The notes under the pieces: generated by a model
Database searches by the model: none
The model's input: only the letters and a program-made list of their open reading frames with translations
Told to the model about the DNA's origin: nothing
Assembly: GCA_016721005.1 (NCBI GenBank)
Contig: JADKJM010000004.1
Coordinates: 177,701 to 241,700, forward strand
Direction of reading: 5' to 3'
Source: Flavobacteriales bacterium
GTDB taxonomy: Bacteria > Bacteroidota > Bacteroidia > Flavobacteriales_F > PHOS-HE28
DNA length: 64,000 bases
Made by a program: the position numbers and the translations under genes
Shown here: positions 9,414 to 19,210 of the stretch, one piece after another
Position numbering within the stretch: position 1 is the first letter of the stretch
Layout of the letters: each line of letters opens with the position of its first letter

Positions 9414-10445
9414 ATGAAAAAGATCTCCGCTTCCGTTCTTCTTGTTCTCTGTTTGATCGCCTCAGCTGCGGCACAAACGAACGACCTTGTATTCTTCTCG
9501 GATGATGGCAGCAAGTTCACCCTCATAATAGACGGCGATGTGAAGAACGCCGAACCGGCCACACGCGTGGTGGCGACCGGGATCCGGAACGAATCGACCA
9601 TGGTCATGGTCCGGTTCGAGGATGCGACGATCCCGCAAATGAAGAAGCCTTTGTACATGGAGTTGGGGAAGGAGTACACGATCATGATCACCACCAACAA
9701 GAAGGGTGAACGCGTGCTCCGCCCGACCGGTGAAGCCGCGCTCGGAACCGCTGCGAAAGAGGAACCGGCCAAACCCCGTCCATCGACTTTCGTGGATGAT
9801 CCGTCCCCGAGGACGGACACGCAGGAGACCACGGTCGTGCAAACGAAGCCTACCGAGGAACTCCAGCAGGTCACGACGATCACGGTGGTGGATGAGGGGT
9901 CAGGTGGTGGCACTACCGATGGTGTGAACATGAGCATCGGGGTGAACGGTGTCGGGATCAACATGAATGTGGGCGTCACTGAAGGGACGGGCGGCACCAA
10001 CACCACCACGCGTACTACACAGACCGTTACCACCACCACCACCACTACCGGTTCAGCTAGCGCTAAACCTGCATCGAAGCCGACCGCCGTTGTTGCTGCA
10101 AAGCCCGTTGAGGAACCGTACCGCATGCCCGGCTACACCGGTGCCATCGGTTGTGCCATGCCGCTGGGCGGTGGTGAATTCGAGGATCTGAAGAAGAGCC
10201 TGAGCACAAAATCCTTCGAGGAGACCAAACTGAACATGGCCAAACAAGTGGTCGCTGATCGATGCTTGAGCGTCGAGCAGGTGAAAGCGATCATGGGACT
10301 CTTCAGCTTCGAGGCTTCGAAGCTCGAGTTCGCCAAGCTGGCCTATGACCATACCCATGACATCGGCAATTATTACAAGGTGAACGATGCCTTCACCTTC
10401 GAGAGCTCCATCGAGGAGTTGAACGAATACATCCGCTCACGCTAA
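9414..10445 (+). CDS. DUF4476-domain secreted protein with a low-complexity T/G/N/V-rich linker
   Basis: Start trimmed to MKKISASVLLVLCLIASAAAQ (signal peptide). Central low-complexity stretch GVNMSIGVNGVGINMNVGVTEGTGGTNTTTRTTQTVTTTTTTTG. The C-terminal ~95 aa (YRMPGYTGAIGC...FEASKLEFAKLAYDH) resembles the Bacteroidota DUF4476 domain. Confidence 0.65.
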   Translation: MKKISASVLLVLCLIASAAAQTNDLVFFSDDGSKFTLIIDGDVKNAEPATRVVATGIRNESTMVMVRFEDATIPQMKKPLYMELGKEYTIMITTNKKGERVLRPTGEAALGTAAKEEPAKPRPSTFVDDPSPRTDTQETTVVQTKPTEELQQVTTITVVDEGSGGGTTDGVNMSIGVNGVGINMNVGVTEGTGGTNTTTRTTQTVTTTTTTTGSASAKPASKPTAVVAAKPVEEPYRMPGYTGAIGCAMPLGGGEFEDLKKSLSTKSFEETKLNMAKQVVADRCLSVEQVKAIMGLFSFEASKLEFAKLAYDHTHDIGNYYKVNDAFTFESSIEELNEYIRSR

Positions 10446-10478
10446 CGAACGATCGATCAGCCGACCAACACCAAATCC

Positions 10479-11855
10479 ATGTACCGCCAAGCACATAGCG
10501 CGCTTTGCCTTCTCGCCGCCATCCTCGTTGGTTGCAGTGGCTCCAAGTCGTTCTCCAAGAAGGGAACGAAGTTGGACGAAGCCGGGCTGTACGCCGAGGC
10601 AGCGGTGATGTTCGAGCAGTCGGCACAGCGCAGCGCGAAGAACGTGGATGCCAAGATCGGCCTGAAGAAGACCGGCCAAATGGTGCTGAACGACAAGCTT
10701 TCCTCGTTCTTCAAATCCGTCGCGATGGGCTCGGCCAAAGGGGACGCGGTGTCCACGTATTTGGAAGCGCGTGCCTACCAGGATCGCGTCCAACGATTGG
10801 GTGTGGTGTTGGAGATCCCGGACCACTACAAGGAGGACTTCGAGCGCGTGAAGGGTGAATACCTCGTTGAGTTGTACAACGAGGGGCAGGGCTTGATGGA
10901 AAAGCAGGAGTTCAAGTCCGCAGAAGTGGTCTTCGCCAAGATCGCGCGACTCGAACCCAACTATAAGGACGCGAGCAGCCTTCAATCCATCGCCTTCCTG
11001 GAGCCGCTGTATCGTGCCGGCAAGGCGGATCTCACTGCCGGTGCATACCGCAAGGCCTATGGTTCATTGGATCAAGTGGTGAGCAAGGACGCCGGCTACA
11101 AGGACGCATCCGCCCTGAGACAGGAGTGCCTTACCAAAGGGCAATACACCATTGCGGTCATGCCGTTCACGGGGAATGTGAAGCGAACGGACATTCCGCA
11201 GAAGGCACAAGCGCAGGCCATCACTGCACTCACCGAGATGCGTGATCCCTTCTTGCGCGTGGTGGATCGTGAGAACATGGAGCGCATCCTACAGGAACAG
11301 CGCCTGAGCCTGAGCGGGGTAGTGGATGAGCAGACCGCCGTGCGCGCTGGGAACCTGATCGGTGCGCAGGCCATCCTGCTCGGCACAGTGGCTGATTACC
11401 GTGAAGAGCCCGGTGAACTGCGCAGGAGCACGAAGGATGGCTTCGAAGCGTACCGTGTGGAACAGATCAACAAGGAAACGGGGGAGAAGTCCTTCATCAC
11501 CAAGTACCGACCTGTGCGCTACAGCGAGTACTTCCAAGAGAACAAAGCGATCATCTCCTTGAATTTCCGACTGGTCTCTTTGGAAACAGGGGAGGTGCTG
11601 GCCAGCAAGGTGGTGGACCGTGAAGTGAAGGACCACATGTACTACGCCACGTACGATGGGAATCGTGATCAATTGTTCCCGGCACAGAATGGTGTCGTTC
11701 ATCAGAACAATGCCGCGCGCAATGAGTTGCGTGGACTCTTGAACGCCCCGAAGGAGGTGAAGTCCTCTGCCACCTTGGGAGGCGAACTGGTGCGCACAGC
11801 CACGGCGCAGGTCGCGTCGGTGGTGCAAGCTGAACTGAACTCCAAGTTGCCATGA
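10479..11855 (+). CDS. CsgG-family lipoprotein (curli production assembly/transport component-like) with N-terminal helical extension
   Basis: Lipobox LVGCSG. The C-terminal half has the CsgG-family pattern (IAVMPFTGN..., FLRVVDRENMERILQEQRLSLSGVVDEQTAVRAGNLIGAQAILLGTV, ISLNFRLVSLETGEVLAS), comparable to E. coli CsgG IAVNLRVVNVSTGEIL. Confidence 0.65.
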   Translation: MYRQAHSALCLLAAILVGCSGSKSFSKKGTKLDEAGLYAEAAVMFEQSAQRSAKNVDAKIGLKKTGQMVLNDKLSSFFKSVAMGSAKGDAVSTYLEARAYQDRVQRLGVVLEIPDHYKEDFERVKGEYLVELYNEGQGLMEKQEFKSAEVVFAKIARLEPNYKDASSLQSIAFLEPLYRAGKADLTAGAYRKAYGSLDQVVSKDAGYKDASALRQECLTKGQYTIAVMPFTGNVKRTDIPQKAQAQAITALTEMRDPFLRVVDRENMERILQEQRLSLSGVVDEQTAVRAGNLIGAQAILLGTVADYREEPGELRRSTKDGFEAYRVEQINKETGEKSFITKYRPVRYSEYFQENKAIISLNFRLVSLETGEVLASKVVDREVKDHMYYATYDGNRDQLFPAQNGVVHQNNAARNELRGLLNAPKEVKSSATLGGELVRTATAQVASVVQAELNSKLP

Positions 11856-13243
11856 AGCGCTTGCTTCCCTTGATCGTCCTGGTCGCCATTGTAGCGTGCA
11901 AGGGCCGGCAACGAACGCCGACCGGTCCTGTTCCTGTGGAGACTACAGAGGCTCCGCGCCCGGAGTGGGTGCGGTCGCGGCCGGTGAGCAGCGCGTACTA
12001 CATCGGTATCGGCTTGGCCAGCAAGGCACGCCCAGATGTCATGGAGACCGCCAAGAAGAACGCGCTGAATGATCTGGCCAGTGAGATCAGCGTGACGGTC
12101 GAAGGCAATAGCCTGCTCTACACCTTGGACCGCAAGACCCAGTTCGATGAGTCCTTTACGAGCACTATCCGGACACGGACCAGTGAGCAGATCGAGGGAT
12201 TCGAACTGATGGACACATGGGAGAACGGCACGGAGTACTGGACCTACTACCGCTTGTCCCGCTCTGAGCATGCACGCTTGAAAGCCGAACGGAAGCACCG
12301 TGCCGTGGTCAATGCCACTGACCTCTTCACCCGCGCTCGCACGAGCATCAGTGCTGGTGATCTCCGGTCCGCCATCGACAGCGATCTGCGGGCACTCATC
12401 GCCATGAAGTCCTATTGGGGCGAGAACGATGTGGTGGAGATCGATGGCAAACAAGTTCCATTGGTCAATGAGGTGTACGGTCACCTTCAGCAGATCACCT
12501 CTTCCGTTCGCATCGCGGTACTTCCGGAGCGTTGTGTCCTGGAATATGGGAACCACTTCCGCCGTGAAATGCTCATCACCGCAACCCACGTCATGGACGG
12601 TCGGACGCGCGAACTCCCCCAATTGCCCTTACGCATTGCATACCCGGGTAGCACGGGCCCTGTGAAGGAAATGAAGAGCACCGACACGGAAGGGCGAACA
12701 CGATCCACCGTACAACGCGTGGAGTTCGGTAAGGCGGGTATGGAGATGATCGTCGAGCCCGACCTGGCGGCCTTGGTCAGTTCCGAATTGGACAAGGACC
12801 TTGTGAAGCTCCTGCTCGCAGGACTCACGATCCCGGCAACGCGGACCCCGATCGATGTGCGCATGCCGCGCGTGTCCATGAAAAGCCAGGAGAACAACTT
12901 GGGCCGGCCGGTTGGCGATGCAGGCCTTTCCGCAGTGCTTCGTGAGGAACTGACCGGTCGTGGTTTCCGGTTCGTGGAAAAGGACGCGGATGCCGATGTG
13001 CTGCTCACGCTCAATTGCAGCACGCGCGCCGGTGGGGAGTCGAGCGGATTCTACACGACCTATTTGGATGTGACCTATGTGTTCCGTGACCGCAAGACCC
13101 AGGAGGTGGTCCATGAAGGCACACGGCAAGGCGTAAAGGGTGTGCAATTGAATTTCGAGAAGGCGGGCCTGGATGCATACAAGAAAGCCGCGCAGGACTT
13201 GAGGAAGGACCTCGTTCCGGCCATACTTGATGCCATGCAATGA
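11852..13243 (+). CDS. LPP20-domain lipoprotein (large)
   Basis: Lipobox IVAC. The N-terminal ~150 aa match the LPP20 lipoprotein family pattern (YYIGIGLA...AKKNALNDLASEISVTVEG). Four-bp overlap with the upstream gene. Confidence 0.6.
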   Translation: MKRLLPLIVLVAIVACKGRQRTPTGPVPVETTEAPRPEWVRSRPVSSAYYIGIGLASKARPDVMETAKKNALNDLASEISVTVEGNSLLYTLDRKTQFDESFTSTIRTRTSEQIEGFELMDTWENGTEYWTYYRLSRSEHARLKAERKHRAVVNATDLFTRARTSISAGDLRSAIDSDLRALIAMKSYWGENDVVEIDGKQVPLVNEVYGHLQQITSSVRIAVLPERCVLEYGNHFRREMLITATHVMDGRTRELPQLPLRIAYPGSTGPVKEMKSTDTEGRTRSTVQRVEFGKAGMEMIVEPDLAALVSSELDKDLVKLLLAGLTIPATRTPIDVRMPRVSMKSQENNLGRPVGDAGLSAVLREELTGRGFRFVEKDADADVLLTLNCSTRAGGESSGFYTTYLDVTYVFRDRKTQEVVHEGTRQGVKGVQLNFEKAGLDAYKKAAQDLRKDLVPAILDAMQ

Positions 13244-13354
13244 CTGCGGCAAGCGATCACCGGTTAAGTTTGGCACGCGATCGGCAAATCCACCTGCAAC
13301 AGGGAACAACCCTGTGAATGAAACAAACGCCAACGCCTGGCTAAGGCGCAACAC

Positions 13355-13951
13355 ATGAAAACCTTGATGACCCCCCGTTCACTTTCGATCCTGATGACCG
13401 CTGCGATGCTCGCGGTAGCAGTGACCGGTTGCAAGAGCAAGAAGAAGGCTGCTGAAGCCGCCCCTCCTCCTTCCGGTGAGGTCGAGGTGAAAGTCGAGTG
13501 CTCCGGCCCGGAGTTCTTCACCGATAACAAAGTGTTCCGTGCCAACGCCCTGGGTGAAAGCATGGACCAAGCGACGGCCAAGAAGAAAGCGATGAGCAAC
13601 GCTCGCGCTGACCTGGCCGCTGCGATCAACACGCGTGTGAAGGCCGTCGTGGATAACTACGTGAACAGCCGCGAGATGCAGAACCGGGAGGAAGTGGGCG
13701 AGCGGTACGAGTCCTTGGCCCGCGAAGTGGTCGACCAACAGCTCACCGGTGTGAAGACCATCTGCGAGAAGACCATGCGGGTTAGCGCGACCGGCAACTA
13801 CAAGACCTACGTGGCCATCGAACTCAGCGCTCAGGAACTGCTCTCGGCATACAATGAGCGCCTGAGCAGCGACGAACGCCTCCGCGTCGATTACGACTAC
13901 GAGAAGTTCAAGGAGACCTTCGAGAAGGAAATGGAGCAGATGAAGAAGTAA
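13355..13951 (+). CDS. LPP20-family lipoprotein
   Basis: Lipobox VTGC. About 200 aa with an LPP20-like core (AKKKAMSNARADLAAAINTRV...). Confidence 0.6.
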   Translation: MKTLMTPRSLSILMTAAMLAVAVTGCKSKKKAAEAAPPPSGEVEVKVECSGPEFFTDNKVFRANALGESMDQATAKKKAMSNARADLAAAINTRVKAVVDNYVNSREMQNREEVGERYESLAREVVDQQLTGVKTICEKTMRVSATGNYKTYVAIELSAQELLSAYNERLSSDERLRVDYDYEKFKETFEKEMEQMKK

Positions 13952-13971
13952 GGTCCACACGGGATCCGAAT

Positions 13972-14000
13972 GAAGCCCTCGGCGCAAGCTGGGGGCTTCA
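13972..14000 (+). terminator. Candidate intrinsic terminator hairpin after the lipoprotein operon
   Basis: GAAGCCC-n14-GGGCTTC inverted repeat 21 nt after the stop at 13951. No strong T-tract, which is common in Bacteroidota. Confidence 0.4.
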
Positions 14001-14025
14001 CGTTCCACGGCACACCTTTGCACCC

Positions 14026-14415
14026 ATGAAGGATCGTTCATTGGTCATTGGATCGGGTGCCTTGCTCACGGCTGTGGTCCTGGGCGCATTCGGGGCACAT
14101 GCACTGAAGAGCCGCCTTGATGTGGATGATCTGGCGGTCTGGCGCACCGGGGTGGAGTACCAGTTCTATCACGGGATCGGCCTCCTGCTGATCGGCGGGC
14201 TGCGAGAGCGCATCGGGGCCTCTGCTGTCCAGTGGGCAGGACGGTGCCTCTTGTTCGGGATCGTGCTGTTCAGCGGCTCCCTCTATTTGTTGAGTACCAA
14301 GGATTTGATGGGGACCACGGAGTGGATCCGATGGATAGGGCCGATCACCCCATTGGGCGGAGCGTTGTTCATTGCCGGATGGGCGATCGTTCTTCGATCA
14401 GCACTGCGTCGTTGA
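14026..14415 (+). CDS. DUF423-family small membrane protein
   Basis: 129 aa with four predicted TM helices and a YgdD/DUF423-like pattern (GAFGAHAL..., GIGLLLIG). Confidence 0.6.
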   Translation: MKDRSLVIGSGALLTAVVLGAFGAHALKSRLDVDDLAVWRTGVEYQFYHGIGLLLIGGLRERIGASAVQWAGRCLLFGIVLFSGSLYLLSTKDLMGTTEWIRWIGPITPLGGALFIAGWAIVLRSALRR

Positions 14416-14480
14416 TGATCGACAGGTTCCTGCTTGACCGAAGACCCTACTTTTGGCGTCCAATTCCAATCCACAGGAAC

Positions 14481-16094
14481 ATGAAAGAGTTCGGTAACAA
14501 ACCGAAGAAGGCGGACCTTTCCAGCATCGGACTGGGCCGTGTAGGAGACATCTACTGGAACCTTGAACCAGCCGAGCTGGTGGAGCACACCATCGTGAAC
14601 GGCCAAGGTGCGCTCGCCGATTCAGGTGCGCTCGCCATCGAGACCGGTGAGTTCACTGGCAGGAGCCCCAAGGACAAGTTCACGGTGAAGGATGCCAAGA
14701 CGGAGAACACCGTGTGGTGGGGTGATGTGAACATCCCGATCGGTGCGTCAGAGTTCGATCGACTGCATGAATTGATGGCCGCGTACTTGATCGGTCGAGA
14801 GGTCTATGTGAAGGATGCGTACGCCTGCGCCGACCCCGTTTACCGGATGAACATCCGCGTGGTGGCCGAGTTCCCGTACAGCGCGATGTTCGCCGGGAAC
14901 ATGTTCCTGCGCCCGACCTCAGCGGAACTCGATGAGTTCACGCCGGAGTGGACGATCATCTGTGCGCCGGACTTCATGGCCAACGGAAAGAAGGATGGCG
15001 TGCGCCAGCACAATTTCGCGGCGATCGACTTCAGCAGGAAGATGATCCTGATCGGTGGCACCGGATATACCGGGGAGATCAAGAAGGGCATTTTCACCGT
15101 ACTGAACTACGTACTGCCACAGGAGAGGGGAGTGTTGAGCATGCACTGTAGCGCGAACATCGGGGAAGGCGGTGACACGGCTGTATTCTTCGGGCTGAGC
15201 GGCACAGGCAAGACCACACTGAGTGCCGATCCGGACCGTCGCCTCATCGGTGACGATGAACACGGCTGGAGTGATATGGGGGTATTCAACTTCGAAGGAG
15301 GATGCTATGCGAAGTGCATCGACCTGAGTGCCGAGAAGGAGCCCCAGATCTGGCAAGCCATCAAGTTCGGCGCGATCCTGGAGAATATCGTCTTCAAAGG
15401 GGAAACCTCCGAGGTGGATTTCGCGGACAGCAGCAAGACGGAGAACACGCGAGTGAGCTACCCCATCGACTACATCGATAACATCGCCGTGCCCAGCACA
15501 GGCGGGCACCCGAAGAACATCTTCTTCCTTACCTGCGATGCGTATGGTGTGCTTCCGCCGATCAGCAAGCTCACGCCGGGTCAGGCGATGTATCATTTCA
15601 TCAGTGGTTACACAGCCAAGGTGGCCGGTACGGAGGCTGGTGTGACGGAGCCGCAAAGCACGTTCTCCGCGTGTTTCGGCAAAGCCTTTCTTGCCTTGCA
15701 TCCCGCCAAGTACGCGGACATGCTCGGCGAGCGGATGAGAAAGCACAACGTGCGCGTGTGGTTGGTGAATACCGGCTGGAGCGGCGGTGCTTACGGAACC
15801 GGTGAGCGGATGAAGTTGAAGTTCACGCGTGCCATGATCGGTGCGGCCCTGCGCGGCGAACTTGACAAGGTGGAGTACATGGAGCACCCGGTGTTCGGGG
15901 TGAGCTACCCGGCCTCGTGCCCGGAAGTGCCGAACGGGATCCTGGATCCGCGCAGCACATGGACGGACAAGAACGCATACGACGCGACTGCGGACAAGCT
16001 GGCGAAACAATTCAACGACAATTTCGCCAAGTATGCCGAAGGTTGCAGCGCTGAAACACTTGCTGCCGCGCCTCGTTCCGCAGTGAAAGCTTGA
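14481..16094 (+). CDS. pckA: Phosphoenolpyruvate carboxykinase (ATP)
   Basis: Start trimmed from 14232 to MKEFGNKPKK at 14481. Contains the kinase-1a loop GLSGTGKTT and the PCK-specific region conserved in ATP-dependent PckA. Confidence 0.9.
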   Translation: MKEFGNKPKKADLSSIGLGRVGDIYWNLEPAELVEHTIVNGQGALADSGALAIETGEFTGRSPKDKFTVKDAKTENTVWWGDVNIPIGASEFDRLHELMAAYLIGREVYVKDAYACADPVYRMNIRVVAEFPYSAMFAGNMFLRPTSAELDEFTPEWTIICAPDFMANGKKDGVRQHNFAAIDFSRKMILIGGTGYTGEIKKGIFTVLNYVLPQERGVLSMHCSANIGEGGDTAVFFGLSGTGKTTLSADPDRRLIGDDEHGWSDMGVFNFEGGCYAKCIDLSAEKEPQIWQAIKFGAILENIVFKGETSEVDFADSSKTENTRVSYPIDYIDNIAVPSTGGHPKNIFFLTCDAYGVLPPISKLTPGQAMYHFISGYTAKVAGTEAGVTEPQSTFSACFGKAFLALHPAKYADMLGERMRKHNVRVWLVNTGWSGGAYGTGERMKLKFTRAMIGAALRGELDKVEYMEHPVFGVSYPASCPEVPNGILDPRSTWTDKNAYDATADKLAKQFNDNFAKYAEGCSAETLAAAPRSAVKA

Positions 16095-16182
16095 TCGGAA
16101 GGGATCATATGTACGTGACAAGTCCTCTCCGAACTTGGAGGGGGCTTGCTCTTTGCAATGTTCGCGGATGATGGGTCATTGA

Positions 16183-17649
16183 ATGAATAGCAGCAGGTTC
16201 TCTTCGATCGGTGCATTGCTGTGCGGCGTCCTGTTCGCTATCGTCACTGTTGGACAGAACGGGCAAGGTTCGGCATTGATCTACCCGGAACGATTGCGTG
16301 CCGATGTGGAATACTTCCGCAAAGTCATCCATCGGACGCACCCGGATCCGTACAGGTATTGTACGAAAGAGGAGTTGGATCAAGTCTTCATGGCCGTCTT
16401 GGATTCCGTTTCGCGGCCGATGACGCGAGAACAATTCCTGTTCACGCTCCTGCCCGTCTTCCATCGGATCGGTGACGCGCGCTTGGCCCCTCGCTTGGAT
16501 GAGGCTACGGAGGATCTGCTGAAACGGCATGTATCCCTTCTTCCGTTGCGTGTCAGGGTACTTGATGAGGGCCTATATCTGGACGAGGAATTGAAGGGGT
16601 TCCAAAGTTTCAGTCCCGGCAGCCGGATCCTTTCCGTGAACGGGATCGAAGCGGAACAGCTGCTAGCTGACCTCGGTCGCTGGGTCATGACGGATGGAGC
16701 CAATGAGAGCCTCCGGACACGACTGGTGGAACGGGATTTCCAGGTGCTGTTCGCAATGACGTATGGAGCCTCGGAGAGCTATGTGGTGGAGGTGATGACA
16801 CCGGATCGGGAACGAGCGAAGGTGACGATCACAGGGCTGACCGGAGAGGAGATCGAGCGCTCGCGGAAACCTGTCGGACCCGAATTGCAGCCCTGGCGAT
16901 CGAAATGGGAGAATGACAATTCCACGTTGTGGTTTGTCATGCGCTCGTTGACGCGGGCCGATCTCGGCCGCTCGAAACGGTCCGTGTCAAAGGCCATCGA
17001 CCGCATGCTGGCTGAATTGGAACAGGAAGGTGCCAAGACCCTGGTGATCGACCTCCGCAGGACACAAGGTGGGGACCCGGAAGTGGCCGCGCAGGTCTTC
17101 GCCGCCATCGCCAAGGCCCCGTTCAAGTTGTTCCAAGCAATGACAACAAGGCACGTCACGGCTACCAATGGGGAGTTCGCCATTGTCGCACCCGACGATC
17201 ATTATGCCTCCGTGAAGGACTTCGAGTTCCCGAGATCCGAGGACGTAGCCGCGCTTCGTCCTGGTGATGACCGGCTTCGGTTGGTCCAACCTCATGCAAA
17301 GGCTTTTCAGGGCAAGGTCTATGTGGTCTGTGATGGCGCCACACGGGATGTCGCGGCGGCCTTCGTGATGCTCGGTCGCCGGCAGGGACGTGTGCGTGTG
17401 GTGGGAGAGGAGACGGGAAGCAATGCCGCGAGTTTCACGAGCGGTGAGGAATTGCATGTGGTCGCCGCCAATTCAGGGCTTCGGTTGGACATTCCCTTGG
17501 TCCGATCGGTTCCAGCGGGAGAACCGTCGGGGCCATCGGACAGGGGTGAGATGCCACATCACAGGGCTACCGAGCGACCGTGGGGGATCGCCAAGGGGAA
17601 GGACACGATACGATCGGCCCTTCTTGAGATGATCCGTGAGTTGCAATGA
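16183..17649 (+). CDS. S41-family peptidase (tail-specific protease-like) with signal peptide
   Basis: 488 aa. The N-terminal region is similar to Bacteroidota S41 peptidases. ETGSNAASFTSGEE resembles the S41 Ser-containing motif. Confidence 0.55.
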   Translation: MNSSRFSSIGALLCGVLFAIVTVGQNGQGSALIYPERLRADVEYFRKVIHRTHPDPYRYCTKEELDQVFMAVLDSVSRPMTREQFLFTLLPVFHRIGDARLAPRLDEATEDLLKRHVSLLPLRVRVLDEGLYLDEELKGFQSFSPGSRILSVNGIEAEQLLADLGRWVMTDGANESLRTRLVERDFQVLFAMTYGASESYVVEVMTPDRERAKVTITGLTGEEIERSRKPVGPELQPWRSKWENDNSTLWFVMRSLTRADLGRSKRSVSKAIDRMLAELEQEGAKTLVIDLRRTQGGDPEVAAQVFAAIAKAPFKLFQAMTTRHVTATNGEFAIVAPDDHYASVKDFEFPRSEDVAALRPGDDRLRLVQPHAKAFQGKVYVVCDGATRDVAAAFVMLGRRQGRVRVVGEETGSNAASFTSGEELHVVAANSGLRLDIPLVRSVPAGEPSGPSDRGEMPHHRATERPWGIAKGKDTIRSALLEMIRELQ

Positions 17650-18743
17650 GGACAGTTGCTGTGCTGATCGTATCGGCCTGCATCGGTGCATGTACCGAGC
17701 GGCCAGCGATGACTGCGGAGAAGTGGATCGCAACCGATAATGATCACGCCGAACATTTCGCGATCCTTCGTCGCGGCGATGAACGGATGTTGCTGGTCTT
17801 CGGCCCGGGTGGTCGTCAGGATACCATCGGGCGCTATCATCTGCGAGGGCATGACAAGGCAACTGACGATGCGACGTTCACAGCATTACCGGATCCGGAT
17901 CGGATCGCAGTAATGAGTTCGACGCACTTGGTCTACATCAGGGCGCTTGATCTTGTGAATAGGGTTGTCGGTGTGAGCGGAACCGATCGCGTGCGCGATC
18001 CTGTGGTTCGCGGCTTCATCCGGGACGGATCGATCCGCGAGGTCGGCTCTGCGGATGGCGTGGATCGTGAGAAGCTGTTGGCTGTTCATGCTCAAGTTGT
18101 CCTCGACCATCCTTTCGGACGCGCTTCGCGCAGCGCGGCCATGGAGGGGGTCGTACACGTGGAGATCACGGAATACTTGGAGGAGCACTCACTCGGACGC
18201 GCGGAATGGATCCGCTTCTTCGGTGTGTTATTCGATCGGGAGCGGACGGCGGACAGCCTGTACGAAGCCATTGCAACGCGGTACGTGAATGCGTTGATCA
18301 GCGACACCGGTGCGACGCGTCCGAGGGTCTTCTTCGGCAGCCATTGGCAGGGGCAATGGCATGTGCCACCGGGGAACAGCTACATGGCCCGACTGATCGA
18401 AGACGCGGGAGGGATCTATGCCTTCGCGGACAGGAAGGAGGCGGGGAACATTGCTGTGGATGTGGAGACCGTGATCACCGAAGGGCGCAAAGCGGATCGC
18501 TTCGGCGTGATCATCGGCAACGGTGGGAAGCCCACAGCGGACTTGATCGCCGGTGGCGACCAACGGATCGCGTCACTTCCGTCCGTTCAGAAGGGCAGCT
18601 TCGTGCTCGACTCCGAGATCTCGGACATTTTCGGCCAAGCCCTGCTAGAGCCGGATATCCTACTCCATGATCTTGCGTGTGTGATCAACCCGGATCGCTG
18701 CGGCGATCATCCGCTTCGCTACGTCCAGCGCACTGTTCAGTAA
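17646..18743 (+). CDS. ABC transporter periplasmic substrate-binding protein (TroA/FecB-like, iron-siderophore or B12 type)
   Basis: Signal peptide with a Cys; PF01497-like pattern (IAVMSSTHLVYIRALDLVNRVVGVSG). ATGA overlap with the peptidase gene. Confidence 0.6.
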   Translation: MRTVAVLIVSACIGACTERPAMTAEKWIATDNDHAEHFAILRRGDERMLLVFGPGGRQDTIGRYHLRGHDKATDDATFTALPDPDRIAVMSSTHLVYIRALDLVNRVVGVSGTDRVRDPVVRGFIRDGSIREVGSADGVDREKLLAVHAQVVLDHPFGRASRSAAMEGVVHVEITEYLEEHSLGRAEWIRFFGVLFDRERTADSLYEAIATRYVNALISDTGATRPRVFFGSHWQGQWHVPPGNSYMARLIEDAGGIYAFADRKEAGNIAVDVETVITEGRKADRFGVIIGNGGKPTADLIAGGDQRIASLPSVQKGSFVLDSEISDIFGQALLEPDILLHDLACVINPDRCGDHPLRYVQRTVQ

Positions 18744-19210
18744 GGGATCCCCAGTCGGCGATAGATGAATCCCATCAACCAAGCCGGCCCGATCATGAGG
18801 AATTGCAGGTCGTGAAGGAAGCTCGGCTTCTTGCCTTCCACATGGTGCCCGATGAACTGGCCGATCCACGCCGCGACGAACAACACGGTGCAGATGGCCC
18901 ACAATGGCCACGGCGCGTGATCCTGCAAGTACTTGCTCAGTGCGAGGCAGGCGTAGGACCAGATGGCCATTCCCAATGTGAGCGTGAGGGAACGTGGAAG
19001 ATAGAAGCCCACGAGGGCGATCGCGATCACCAGCTTCGCCCAAGGCACCCTGCCTATGTAAGGCAGTTCATACGGAGGAATGCTTGCCAGCAGGCCTACT
19101 ACACAGAAGAAGATCGTCGGCACGCAGATCCAATGGATCAACTTGTTCGTGGCGTTCCGGTGGCTTTCACCATACCGATCGAACCACTGTTGGATGCTAC
19201 GTGTTGCCAT
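18737..19210 (-). CDS. DUF962 (Mpo1-like) membrane protein
   Basis: Trimmed to the Met MATRSIQQWFDRYGESHRN... at 19210, which is the characteristic DUF962 N-terminus. Carries TM helices. Confidence 0.6.
   Translation of the reverse strand: MATRSIQQWFDRYGESHRNATNKLIHWICVPTIFFCVVGLLASIPPYELPYIGRVPWAKLVIAIALVGFYLPRSLTLTLGMAIWSYACLALSKYLQDHAPWPLWAICTVLFVAAWIGQFIGHHVEGKKPSFLHDLQFLMIGPAWLMGFIYRRLGIPY

Noticed and set aside
10437-13354. Minus-strand ORFs of 182, 306, 241 and 178 aa
   Set aside because: They are antisense to the CsgG/LPP20 lipoprotein operon. They have no motifs and an artefact-like composition.
14919-16121. 400-aa minus-strand ORF
   Set aside because: It is antisense to pckA, which is unambiguous.
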